Assembly: GCA_951406725.2 (NCBI GenBank)
Contig: OX597815.1
Location: forward strand, 75,392,001-75,456,000
Length of the DNA stretch: 64,000 nt
Origin: Octopus vulgaris
Taxonomy: Eukaryota
Direction: 5' to 3'
Made by a program: the position numbers and the translations under genes
Shown: piece after piece, positions 28,557 through 41,109 of the stretch
Position numbering within the stretch: the first letter of the stretch is position 1
How the letters are laid out: each line of letters starts with the position of its first letter
The notes under the pieces: model-generated
What the model was told of the DNA's origin: nothing
The model's input: only the letters and a program-made list of their open reading frames with translations
Databases searched by the model: none

Positions 28557-30960
28557 TTACAAAATTTCCTGCATCTTACTTAGTTGATATTTCCTGTTCC
28601 TGGATTGCAAACGCATACCCTTCAAAGCAGGAGTAATAATCCTACTATTGGTCCACAATAAACTACTTTGATGAACGATGTTACTATCATCACGAAGCTT
28701 TCTACTAACATATCCATGCATAGTCTTCTGCTCATATAGGCTCATCCTTTCATCTGATGATACGTTGCAATAGAGTTGTGCGACTTCTTTGGACATGTAT
28801 TCTAGGTTATCAGACAAAGTGTGTTGCTCAAGGAGCTGCCTTTTAAGTCTTATGATGTTATCAGCCACATGTATGCAAACCTGGTCAAGGGATACGCTTC
28901 GATACTTTATGGTTAAAAGATGCTGCCGAAGGGATATGATGCGACATTCAAAGGCATTTTGGATTGATGTTAAGCTTCTACCGCCTCGTTTTCATTTTAG
29001 GTAGTGGCAGTCTACATCACTGTTTATGTGGAAATCATGTGTGCTTGTTAATATTTTTTGGGTTTTTACATGGATGGCTCGGATCTCACCAAGCGCCCAA
29101 TCAAGCAGCCTAAATGCAGGTATGAGTACCGGCATTGCAAAAAACATTGTGGGCCACTGTTTTATTGAACGCAGAGAGTTCTTTGATCCAAATTCTCTTT
29201 ATTCGGCTGTAATATTCTTTAGAGACACGTGTTTTGTTGCAGGTGCCATTGTAAGATATATATTCATCCACCCCTAGATTCCTGTAACATTCCTCGTTTG
29301 ATACAGGGGGAACAGTCAAATCATTGTTGGAGATGTTACTAGTCTGGTTTATAGTTTTACCTCTTTCCACCACCATATAACAATATCTATCCTAACCTAA
29401 CTCCAACCCTACATCTTTCGAGAATGCTGTAACTAGGTCAAGGCTCTTTTTCATCTCATGCATATTCTTTGCATAAAGTTTTAAGTCATCCACAAAGAAA
29501 CAGTGTGTAATTTTATGAACCAGTGAGATATCGTTTAGACTTCCTTAACATAAATGACAAGGGGTTTACAGAAAGTATAAACAACATTACAGAGAGGCTG
29601 TCTCCTTGGAATATGCCTTTGCAATACTGTATTCTATCGGTGATAATAGTCACTCTTTGTGTTTAATTTCAAGATGGTGGCCCATGATGAAGTCAGGCTA
29701 GCTATGGCTTTGACTATTCTCACTGGAACTTTAGCAAGTTGAAAGGCTTCTAGCATCCATGAGTGGAAACAGAGTCAAATACTTCCTTGTAGTCTATCCA
29801 CATTGGAACTAGGTTCCTCCTATGCTCTCACATCTCTGACATCATAGTTTTGTTGATTAACAATTGCTCGGCACATCCCAAGACTCACTTCTTCGCAGCT
29901 GCTTGTTCTGCTGTGATAATATTCTTGGTTCCACAATGGTCCTGGAGGAAGAGGTTTAAACATGCTGTATATATCTTATACATTAGGTTCAGGAATGCAA
30001 TTGACCGGTAGATTTTCGCCATGTAGGTGGTTCTGCATTTGGGGATCAATTTTGTCTCTGTCAGAAATAACCAGTATGACATGCTATTGTTCCCAATGAA
30101 AGCTTGCTGGTACAGATTGATAAGGTATGGTCGGTAGAATTTTAGCTTCTTGTACCAGTATCCAACAATCAAGTCTCTTCCAGATACTTTCCCATCCTGG
30201 AGTTTCTGGATCACAGTTGCAAAATGTTCACCATCAATGTTGTATGTCTTGGATGTAATGCAGGAGCAATAACTTTTTCGGATTATTTCCAGCCACAAAG
30301 CATTTTGGTTAAATTCCTTCTCTTCACTCCAGATTTCCTCCAGAAGGAGTCTATGTCTTCTCATGAAGGAGCTTCCATGATATTTATTGCTCCTCCTCCC
30401 ATGTCTCTGTATACTGCTGCCTGGTTGCGGTTAAATTTTTTGTTTATTGTTCTTCTCTCGGTTATTCTCTTGTGATGTCGGAGTTTTTCACTGACAGCTT
30501 TTAGCTCCTGCTTTAAGGTAATCAATTTGCAAGTGAGTGCCCTCTTTTTAGCTGTCTCCAAACATCATTTCTATCTCCTTCTTTACTGTCTGTTGGTGGG
30601 ACGTATTGTGATTTGTTTGTTTACATGCAATAAGCATCGTCACATGACTGATTGTCTTCCGTAAACCAGTTATCTTTTTTTCTATCTTCAAAACCCATGA
30701 TGGTACTTTCTTTGTTATTTCGGGTTTGTTTACTTTTTTAACATCATTCATGTACTGTTTTACAATAGTAGCCACAGCATATAGACAGGCGTCAATCTGC
30801 CAGTATGTGGGTTTATCACACTGTTGTAAGTACTCCTCATCAATTTCGTTAACAGCTTTTAATACCGTATCTGGTGGTGTTTTACTTACTTTAGTAGAGA
30901 ATACTCTATCCTCGAGAGAATACTTCAAAGCCAGATTTATTTTTCTCGAAAAATTTCAGT
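28557..30960 (-). mobile_element. Dong/R4-like (RLE) non-LTR retrotransposon, decayed RT region
   Basis: Fragments YRSIAFLNLMYKIYT, EQAAAKK..GCAEQLLI, WIDYKEVFDSV, HCFFVDDLKLYA, YRNLGVDE and EYYSRIKRIW, with many stops. Confidence 0.85.
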
Positions 30961-31840
30961 AACGGCACATTTTACCGGCATATAATCCTGACTGCTACTA
31001 CTACTAACTACTACTGCAATAATCGTTGCTGTTGTGACTGCTATTTACCATAGTCGTAGTAGAGGGACAGTGGTCAGTTACTTGAGCCAGTAATGTAGTT
31101 TGGCTGGCAGGCTCTATGGAATCTGTTGGAATGTCGCTAGCTGCGAAACTACGTGGTGGCCTTATATCATTCACGTTATGATTCTATGAACCGTAAAAAT
31201 TAATACAGAGAGTTGCTTATTTGCAAAAAAAAAAAGAAATATAACATGTGACTTCATTGACCGAGGTTACCGTGGTCTTTTCCGTAGGCTTTTCTTTCCA
31301 CGGGTAAACCTCACCTGTCCTCCCCTTTACACTTCATATTGACATTTCTGTGATTACGATCCCTATTGATCAACTTTTTTTCCTCTCCCCTATTCTTTTT
31401 TCTCTCCCCCCCTTTTTTTGTCCTCTTTCTTTCCTTTTGCGATCCCTTTTGATCGAAAACCAGGTGTATTTATGCGTGTACGTATCTATGTACACGCATA
31501 TATTAGACACAAACATACATACGTACACACACACACTCAAACACAGACATACTGCTTTCTAATTTTGGCACAAGGCCAGCAATTTCGGTGAGAGTGCAAG
31601 TCGATTACTTCGTCCCCAGTGCTCAACGCATTACATGTTTGTAATGCGTTGAACCAATCTTAAACTATGTTCGGTCTTTATTGGAAAATGTTAAAAAATA
31701 CTTGTTTTGTTTTATAGTTAGAATTCCTCCATCTCCAACAGCTCAGGTGAGACTAACAATAGAGTACTACTACTACGTTCAGATGGTGCCGCTCATCCTG
31801 GTTACAGTCCCAGTAGTCTGTACACGCAGCAGCAGCATCT

Positions 31841-32040
31841 GGAGGCGCAATGGCCCAGTGGTTAGTACAGCGTACTCGCGGTCGTAAGAACGCGGTTTCG
31901 ATTCCCAGACCGGGCATTGTGAGTGTTTATTGAGCAAAAACATCTAAACTCCACGTGGCTCCGGCGGGGGTGGGTGGGTGTTGAACTCCGCTGTACTCTT
32001 TCACCACAACTTTCTCTCACTCTTTCTTCCTACTTCTTCC
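31841..32040 (+). mobile_element. tRNA-derived SINE of the 5233 type
   Basis: GGAGGCGCAATGGCCCAGTGGTTAG...GGTTTCGATTCCCAGACCGGGC...TTGAGCAAAAACA. Confidence 0.8.
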
Positions 32041-32312
32041 ACAAAGCAGAGGAACCATGGTGTAACCCACTATGGTGTGGTAAATTTTCAGACTATAGTC
32101 TAGATTGGGAATCCTCTGTACCCCAGGATGGTTCAGCTCTCCACCCATTAAAAGCCGCCGTTTACGAAATGAGGATAACAACGTAGCTTTTGTGCCCGTG
32201 CAACCGCCAGTCTATCGCGTGTGGTGGGTGGACCTTCAAGTTGCCACACGCATTCTTAGAGTAGGCTCGAATTAGAGATTATTCTTTATGGCTAACGGCG
32301 TGCGTCCTGATT

Positions 32313-32566
32313 GGAAGAAGAAGAAGAAGAAGAAGAAGAAGAAGAAGAAGAAGAAGAAGAAGAAGAAGGAGGAGAAGAAGAAGAAGAAGAAGAAGAAGAA
32401 GAAGAAGAAGGAGAAGAAGAAGAAGAAGAAGAAGAAGAAGAAGAAGGAGAAGGAGAAGAAGAAGAAGAAGAAGAAGAAGAAGAAGAAGAAGAAGAAGAAG
32501 AAGAAGAAGAAGAAGAAGAAGAAGAAGAAGAAGAAGAAGAAGAAGAAGAAGAAGAAGAAGAAGAAG
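32313..32566 (+). repeat. (GAA)n microsatellite, ~250 bp; one example of dozens of (TA), (CA), (TACA), (TAGA), (TAA), (TAG), (GA) and (CAT) arrays in the window
   Basis: Direct reading of the sequence. Confidence 0.98.
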
Positions 32567-32972
32567 CGTTGGAGAAGTACTCAGTTGTGAACCTTATAGA
32601 CTGTCAGCAGCTATCGGAGATGGAAGAAATTATTAGTGTAAAGTAAAAAAAAAAAATACTCCACAACATTCTCCAATAAAGACCGAACATAATATAAGGC
32701 TGGTTCAATGCATTATACGTTTGTAACCTGGTACCAATGTAAGAATTCTGCATTCGTGTCTTCAGCCAAAGGTTTGCTAATGTTCAAAGACAGTAATTTA
32801 TTCCAGTATACCAATATTTCCATATTAACGACATGATTTGTTCTTTTCGTATCAATTTAGCCCTGGTGATTGGTGGCACTACGTGGAGAATGGACCATTT
32901 CCAACACCTGCTTTGGCTCTTTGCTCTTGGTATCGGTGCTGCTGCTGCTGCTGCGGCTGCTGCTGCTCCTGC

Positions 32973-33024
<52 letters not shown>

Positions 33025-33638
33025 GCTGCTGCTGCCGTTGTTGTTGCTGCTGTGGCTACTGCTGTCGATACTGTTGCCGTTGTCATGTTATTTCTGCTAT
33101 TCCAATCATTGATATTACTGTCAAGTAAGGAAAGAAAAGGAAGTGAATGTCGTTGTCGCTGGTGTTGCTGCTGCCAGCGACGATTCTGATAATGATGATG
33201 ATAATGATAATGACGATGCTAATGATGATGACGATAATGACGACGACGACGATGATGATGATGATGATAGGTATAGCTGTAGCGGCAGCTGCATAGGCGA
33301 CAGCGATGACGATCACAATCTTCAGCCTAACTAGTAATCTTTCTATTGCTATGTTTAAAACGCCGCTCAATGACCTCGCACCAATCATTAGCATAAATGC
33401 GACTGAAGGCGACGGAACTTCTCTCATGTTACAAAGTGATATGCATCACTGGATCAGTAACCGCTGTAATGGTGGATGGTGGAGCAGCGACGGCAGCGAT
33501 GGCCATAATAGAGACGGTTGGGTTGGTGGTGGTGGTGGCTTTGGAAGTGGTTTTGATCGTGGCAGCAGCGGCGGCCGCGGTGGTGGTGGTGGTGGTGATG
33601 GTGGTGGTAGCGCTGCTGGTATCAGAGATTTTTGAAGA

Positions 33639-33700
<62 letters not shown>

Positions 33701-34675
33701 CGTGTGGGCGCGTGCGGGCGCATGTGTCCGTGCATGCGTGAATGTATTAATAGTTTTTCGTGACTGTATGCATTTTTTTGTGCAAATTTCCGTGTTTTTG
33801 CAAAGGGAAGTGTAGGATTTGTTTGTAGCTTAAAATTCATTTAGCGTATGTTACAAAGGACGTTTAGAAGACAGAAAGAAAAGAAAAAAAAAAGAAAAAT
33901 GAGAAGGAAAAGAAGAGAAAGATGTGCATCAATGCGAAGCTGATCACGTGACACAGTTGCTATCGCTCAGATGAAGTTGGTTGGAAGAGCAGGATAGAAT
34001 GGAAGGGTGTAGCATAAAGAGAAACGATAACCGGGAGAGGAAGTTGGAGGTCGATGTTAAATCACTAACTACACAAACGACAGTTCCGTTCCACTGGTAG
34101 CGTTCGCTAAATTAGTTATTATATACATTTGTGCGGCGGGGTGAGTGCGTGTACGTCTGTTTGTATGTGTATGTGCGTGTATGTGGTGTGTGTGAGTGTG
34201 TGTGTGTGTATTTGTCTGGGCATATGTGTTCGTGTGTAAAAGAAAATGGCTGTGGAAATATTGAAAAAATATGAAGTCTCTCGGTCTCTTCTTCTGTATC
34301 TCTCTCGACCTCTCCCCCTCTACCCATACACATCATCTCTCTCTCACACTCATTCTCTCTTTCACTTCTCTCTTTCACTCACACGCATGCATATTCTCTG
34401 TCCCTGTCTGTCAGCTTCTCTCTCTCTCTCGCCTTCTCTCTCTACTCCTGTCTCTCATATGCTTACATGTGTATGTACTTGAACACGTGTACGTATGTGT
34501 GAGTGTGTGTATGTGCGTGTGTTTGCATGGTTGTATTAAAAAATACGAGCTCTCTCTATCTTCCTTTCTTTCAATCTATCTATCTCACAGTCTCTTCTCT
34601 CTCTCTCTCACACACACACACACTCTCTCTTTACCTAGATTTCTTGCTATAAGTTTCTGAGGTGGGTATATGCAT

Positions 34676-34723
<48 letters not shown>

Positions 34724-34725
34724 GT

Positions 34726-34758
<33 letters not shown>

Positions 34759-35222
34759 AGGTGTGTATGTTCATAAATGTAGGAGTGAGGCTGCGCGCGC
34801 CCATGCGATGGATATAATTGCACATTTTTTCACATCCTGGCATTGAAAGATTCTACATTTACTATTCGAGGTCTTAATACAGTTAAGTGCAAGACTACAG
34901 AATTAACAGATGTTATTGCGGGAATTCGGCACAGTCAAACAAAAGGAATCAGTTTTTGGTAAGCAGATAATGCTTCGAGTAATAATATTTATTATATGTA
35001 AAGAGATAAGTATGTATTCATTAGATAATTATATACAATACATGTTCCCATTGAGGGATCGAAGCTCACATCCATTCTGTACTAAGTAAACAATATATAT
35101 ATATTGTTATATTTCGGAATGGTCATATTGCCAGTTTAGCCAATAAAAACACACGCACTATATATTTGGTGTTATTTTGCTTCAGTGATATTTATTTTTT
35201 ACATTAATCTTAATCTTATTTC

Positions 35223-35267
35223 GGCCAAAGTTCTTTCGTCACACTCCTGTGACCGCATCAGTGGTCC
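35223..35267 (-). ncRNA. Mirror copy of the PLE hammerhead-like motif
   Basis: Exact reverse complement of 40178-40222. Confidence 0.55.
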
Positions 35268-35919
35268 TTTGTTTTCTTCTCACTTACTTGTGTCTCTCCT
35301 TACTAACCGTCAGCCATTTTGTATTTCTATTGTATGTCTTCATTTGCGCATGCTTATATCTCTATGTGCGTCTATGTTTATTTAGTGTGTGTGTGGGGGG
35401 GATGCCTGTAATATTTGTATCTTCTGGTTATATACATTCTTGTAATTTGTATTTTGTTTTTGTTGTTGTTGCTTTTGTTCTAATTTTATTCATGTGTTTA
35501 CATCCACCCATTATTATCATTACATATGCTTGTATGTATGTATAACAACAATATTAGTAATAATAATAATAAATCTAATCGAGAAAAAAAAAAAAAGAAT
35601 ATACATATACATATATATATATATACATACATATACATATACATATATATATATATATATACATATATACACACATATATACACATATACATATACATAT
35701 ATATACACATATACATATATATAGATATTCATTTCTATTTCTTTAATTACCTGTGTATTTATTATGTTTGCAGGATCCACTATTGTCATATGTTGTGGTG
35801 TGCGCTATTGCTCCATTCTAGTTTTCTATTCAGGCTAGGTTTATTTTCTATTATATGTGTAGCTTCTGTAATTTGTCTAATTGTTGCATCTGTTCTATGT
35901 GTGGACAATATCTTAATCT

Positions 35920-37557
35920 CTATGTTATTGATTGATCCCCCGTGTTCTTGTTCGGCGTGTTGGTACAGAATCGATGAGCTTTACCTTCCTTGAGTTGTCT
36001 CCAATGTTCATTCACCCGCTCACCAATGCTTCTTGCAGTTTCCCCTACGTATGTTACTGTCTTGTTACTGCATCGTCCCTCTATACATCTTATACTATAG
36101 ACCACATTTCTGGCTTTACAGTTCGTTTGTGGGCTAAATCTACATACAGTGCAATAGTTATCCGTACAGAGAGTTCTACTAAAAGGATAGGTTCTACCAA
36201 TTATAGATCTGATAGGGTTGCCTGGCTTTTCAACAACCTTAATTCTTAGTTTAAGTTTATCTAGGGTCCTTCTAAAGCGGTACGCTAGTTCACCTCCAGG
36301 GGTGGTGTCAACGAACATGACACTCTGGTATTTATGGCTATCATACCAAGAGTTGGCCTTCCTTATTTTCTTTTTTGTCCTTTCTATAGTGTTCCATGAC
36401 TTGTTCCTATAGAGTGGGCAAATCCCATTCCTATCATTACATAATATATTATCAAATTTCTTCATGGCTCCTTTGTATACTCTGATCCTTTCTTTATGGC
36501 TGTAACCTGAGAACTGCATGCGGTGAATGAAATACTGTATGTGTCTCTTTAATTCTGTAGGCTCGCACATGCGTGACACATTTCTCATTATTCTGACGAG
36601 GTCTGCCATCAAAATATTGAATTTGGCATTGCCCGCAATGGCTGAGTTCCGGTGGATCAGGTATTTTGAGGTCATAGGTTTTGCATAGTATGAATGAAGG
36701 ATTTGGGTTTTATTTTTCACAATTTCTAGCCAGAGTTCAGTGTCTAGTACTGGTAGTCTATGGTTGGGGTGTTTAGTGGGGTAGTCTATTGTGACCTTAA
36801 TACTCTGGTGGATGGAGTTAGCTATTTGCTGGATGCTCTCCATAGTATTAGTTTCTATTACTATATCAACAGTACTTTCTTGTGGGGGTGCCTTTACTAC
36901 TATATTGATATCATCAACATAGCGAGAGTACATGTTTACGAGTATGGATTTCTGCAGTAGGCATTCTTTAAGCCTTCTGTCCCACCATACCATGAAGAGG
37001 TTGGCCACATCACCAGCGATACTAACACCGATGGCTGCCCCCTCGTCCTGGGCATATATTTTATTATTAAATTTAAATGTGTGGCCTTTTAGGGTAACTC
37101 TTATACTAGCTCCTAGTGCATGTGCGATCATTTTCTTTACCTGATGGACATTTGCGGGGCTCCGTATGGCTCTGGTCCATCCGCGCCATCTTTCTATATG
37201 TGTCTTCCTAGCCATAGAAGTAATTGTAGGCGGTCTACCTCTTAAACATCTACTGGGGCAGAAACTACTAAGATTATGTTTATCTAAGTATTCACTATTA
37301 TATGTCAGTCTAAGTAGGAGGCCCAGTTCTTCTGTGTCGACATTACAGAACTCCACCTGGCTCTCGTTGATCATCTCCACGCACTTCTCCACTGCAAAAT
37401 CTACGTCAATCGATGGGTATAGGGATACCACATCCATGCTACCTACTATACATCCTGTCAAGTCACAAGTTTTGTTACAGTCACTGATCCTGCTTAGGAG
37501 ATCTTCTGTGCTGTCACATACATCAGGTGACATCCTGATTATAGGGCGTATGATCAT
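35920..37557 (-). pseudogene. PLE RT/GIY-YIG polyprotein, N-truncated, frameshifted within the endonuclease C-terminus
   Basis: YVDD is intact. One A is missing relative to the right arm (GGTAAAGCTC vs GGTAAAAGCTC, ~35980), which changes the C-terminus after EGK. Confidence 0.85.
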
Positions 37558-37730
37558 TGAGAGGAAGTAGGAGATTCTGTAATTGCTAGCGATATTCGCT
37601 CCACAGACTGGTCTTGTTGGTGGTCCTGCTATAGGGTCAGTAAAACCTTTATGGTCCTTGCGAAGTCCATACAGTGCCGGGATATCATTGTTCCAGGCTT
37701 GGAAATTCTTTGTACCTCAGAAACGTACTG

Positions 37731-39657
37731 CAAAGAATTTCCAAGCCTGGAACAATGATATCCCGGCACTGTATGGACTTCGCAAGGACCATAAAGGTTT
37801 TACTGACCCTATAGCAGGACCACCAACAAGACCAGTCTGTGGAGCGAATATCGCTAGCAATTACAGAATCTCCTACTTCCTCTCAATGATCATACGCCCT
37901 ATAATCAGGATGTCACCTGATGTATGTGACAGCACAGAAGATCTCCTAAGCAGGATCAGTGACTGTAACAAAACTTGTGACTTGACAGGATGTATAGTAG
38001 GTAGCATGGATGTGGTATCCCTATACCCATCGATTGACGTAGATTTTGCAGTGGAGAAGTGCGTGGAGATGATCAACGAGAGCCAGGTGGAGTTCTGTAA
38101 TGTCGACACAGAAGAACTGGGCCTCCTACTTAGACTGACATATAATAGTGAATACTTAGATAAACATAATCTTAGTAGTTTCTGCCCCAGTAGATGTTTA
38201 AGAGGTAGACCGCCTACAATTACTTCTATGGCTAGGAAGACACATATAGAAAGATGGCGCGGATGGACCAGAGCCATACGGAGCCCCGCAAATGTCCATC
38301 AGGTAAAGAAAATGATCGCACATGCACTAGGAGCTAGTATAAGAGTTACCCTAAAAGGCCACACATTTAAATTTAATAATAAAATATATGCCCAGGACGA
38401 GGGGGCAGCCATCGGTGTTAGTATCGCTGGTGATGTGGCCAACCTCTTCATGGTATGGTGGGACAGAAGGCTTAAAGAATGCCTACTGCAGAAATCCATA
38501 CTCGTAAACATGTACTCTCATATGTTGATGATATCAATATAGTAGTAAAGGCACCCCCACAAGAAAGTACTGTTGATATAGTAATAGAAACTAATACTAT
38601 GGAGAGCATCCAGCAAATAGCTAACTCCATCCACCAGAGTATTAAGGTCACAATAGACTACCCCACTAAACACCCCAACCATAGACTACCAGTACTAGAC
38701 ACTGAACTCTGGCTAGAAATTGTGAAAAATAAAACCCAAATCCTTCATTCATACTATGCAAAACCTATGGCCTCAAAATACCTGATCCACCGGAACTCAG
38801 CCATTGCGGGCAATGCCAAATTCAATATTTTGATGGCAGACCTCGTCAGAATAATGAGAAATGTGTCACGCATGTGCGAGCCTACAGAATTAAAGAGACA
38901 CATACAGTATTTCATTCACCGCATGCAGTTCTCAGGTTACAGCCATAAAGAAAGGATCAGAGTATACAAAGGAGCTATGAAGAAATTTGATAATATATTA
39001 TGTAATGATAGGAATGGGATTTGCCCACTCTATAGGAACAAGTCATGGAACACTATAGAAAGGACAAAAAAGAAAATAAGGAAGGCCAACTCTTGGTATG
39101 ATAGCCATAAATACCAGAGTGTCATGTTCGTTGACACCACCCCTGGAGGTGAACTAGCGTACCGCTTTAGAAGGACCCTAGATAAACTTAAACTAAGAAT
39201 TAAGGTTGTTGAAAAGCCAGGCAACCCTATCAGATCTATAATTGGTAGAACCTATCCTTTTAGTAGAACTCTCTGTACGGATAACTATTGCACTGTATGT
39301 AGATTTAGCCCACAAACGAACTGTAAAGCCAGAAATGTGGTCTATAGTATAAGATGTATAGAGGGACGATGCAGTAACAAGACAGTAACATACGTAGGGG
39401 AAACTGCAAGAAGCATTGGTGAGCGGGTGAATGAACATTGGAGACAACTCAAGGAAGGTAAAAGCTCATCGATTCTGTACCAACACGCCGAACAAGAACA
39501 CGGGGGATCAATCAATAACATAGAGATTAAGATATTGTCCACACATAGAACAGATGCAACAATTAGACAAATTACAGAAGCTACACATATAATAGAAAAT
39601 AAACCTAGCCTGAATAGAAAACTAGAATGGAGCAATAGCGCACACCACAACATATGA
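37731..39657 (+). pseudogene. PLE RT/GIY-YIG polyprotein, N-truncated, frameshifted just before YVDD
   Basis: TCTCATATGTTGATG at ~38516-38530 vs TCTCGCTATGTTGATG in the left arm. The endonuclease frame is intact. Confidence 0.85.
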
Positions 39658-40177
39658 CAATAGTGGATCCTGCAAACATAATAAATACACAGGTAATTAA
39701 AGAAATAGAAATGAATATCTATATATATGTATATGTGTATATATATGTATATGTATATGTGTATATATGTGTGTATATATGTATATATATATATATATAT
39801 GTATATGTATATGTATGTATATATATATATATGTATATGTATATTCTTTTTTTTTTTTTTTCTCGATTAGATTTATTATTATTATTACTAATATTGTTGT
39901 TATACATACATACAAGCATATGTAATGATAATAATGGGTGGATGTAAACACATGAATAAAATTAGAACAAAAGCAACAACAACAAAAACAAAATACAAAT
40001 TACAAGAATGTATATAACCAGAAGATACAAATATTACAGGCATCCCCCCCACACACACACTAAATAAACATAGACGCACATAGAGATATAAGCATGCGCA
40101 AATGAAGACATACAATAGAAATACAAAATGGCTGACGGTTAGTAAGGAGAGACACAAGTAAGTGAGAAGAAAACAAA

Positions 40178-40222
40178 GGACCACTGATGCGGTCACAGGA
40201 GTGTGACGAAAGAACTTTGGCC
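40178..40222 (+). ncRNA. Variant minimal hammerhead ribozyme-like motif in the PLE 3' region
   Basis: GGACCA-CUGAUGC-G-GUCACA(GGAG)UGUGAC-GAAA-GAAC-UU-UGGCC. Stem II is 6 bp, stem III is minimal, stem I is bulged, and the core has A9->C. PLE pseudo-LTRs are known to carry minimal hammerheads. Confidence 0.55.
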
Positions 40223-40547
40223 GAAATAAGATTAAGATTAATGTAAAAAATAAATATCACTGAAGCAAAATAACACCAAATATATAGTGCGTGTGTTTTT
40301 ATTGGCTAAACTGGCAATATGACCATTCCGAAATATAACAATATCTGTTTCAACACACGACTTCACATAAAAAAATCTTGCACAACAAATATTTAAACGT
40401 ACTAATATATATATATATATATATATATAATAATAATAAGGGTAAATAATTTCTATAATGGTTTTTAAAAAAAGACCACAATTATTTACTGGTAGAATTC
40501 GGTATGTAAATATAGCTGATTACCGGCAGGAACTTCTGTAAAGTTCA

Positions 40548-40596
<49 letters not shown>

Positions 40597-40856
40597 AATA
40601 ATAAGGGTGAAAAATTGAATATTAATTTGATTAATATTAATTTAAAACCAGTGGCCTAGCATATTGAAAAGTCTGAAGATTCAGAAAAATTATATTACAT
40701 ACATATATTTTGTATCTTCTCATTTGTCTTGCTCGCTTACGTTCTGGCGTTTGCTGAATTTTCTTGAGAACAATTTTTTCTTAGTGGTCAGACCACATGG
40801 GGTCTACTACTAGCATAATGGATGTTCACTTATTGGTCATCCCACTTATATGTATG

Positions 40857-40970
<114 letters not shown>

Positions 40971-40980
40971 AAGTGTTGTT

Positions 40981-41015
40981 ACGTGACGTTTCGGGTGTTA
41001 ATTCTTCGTCAGAAG
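40981..41015 (-). ncRNA. Degenerate PLE-type hammerhead motif
   Basis: Minus strand CUGACGA-AGAAUUAACACCC-GAAACGUC. The core boxes are intact and the stems are weak. Confidence 0.4.
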
Positions 41016-41109
41016 AATGAAAGAAGCATAGAAATGAGGAAGAGAAATGGCGAAGGAAGAGAGACGCGAGAAACGTGTGAATGGTTAGAAACTAGGTGGG
41101 GATGCTGTT

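Larger units (their letters stand above)
35101..37712 (-). mobile_element. Penelope-like retroelement (EN+), 5'-truncated; left arm of a large palindrome
   Basis: ORF 35920-37557 has PLE RT motifs (GSMDVVSLYPSI, QDEGAAIG..AGDVANLFM, YSRYVDDI, LPVLD), a Cys-rich linker (CxxxxCxxC) and GIY-YIG motifs (NVVY..YVGET.R...R..EH). It is the reverse complement of 37731-40344. Confidence 0.95.
37731..40405 (+). mobile_element. Penelope-like retroelement (EN+), 5'-truncated; right arm with an extra ~60-nt 3' tail
   Basis: ORFs 37583-38542 and 38479-39657 together give the same RT + GIY-YIG protein, ending [12 protein letters not shown]. The tail 40345-40405 is absent from the left arm and is followed by (TA)n. 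Confidence 0.95.

Noticed and set aside
37583-37730. Novel N-terminus on the right-arm RT ORF
   Set aside because: It is antisense sequence of the left arm read through the palindrome centre.
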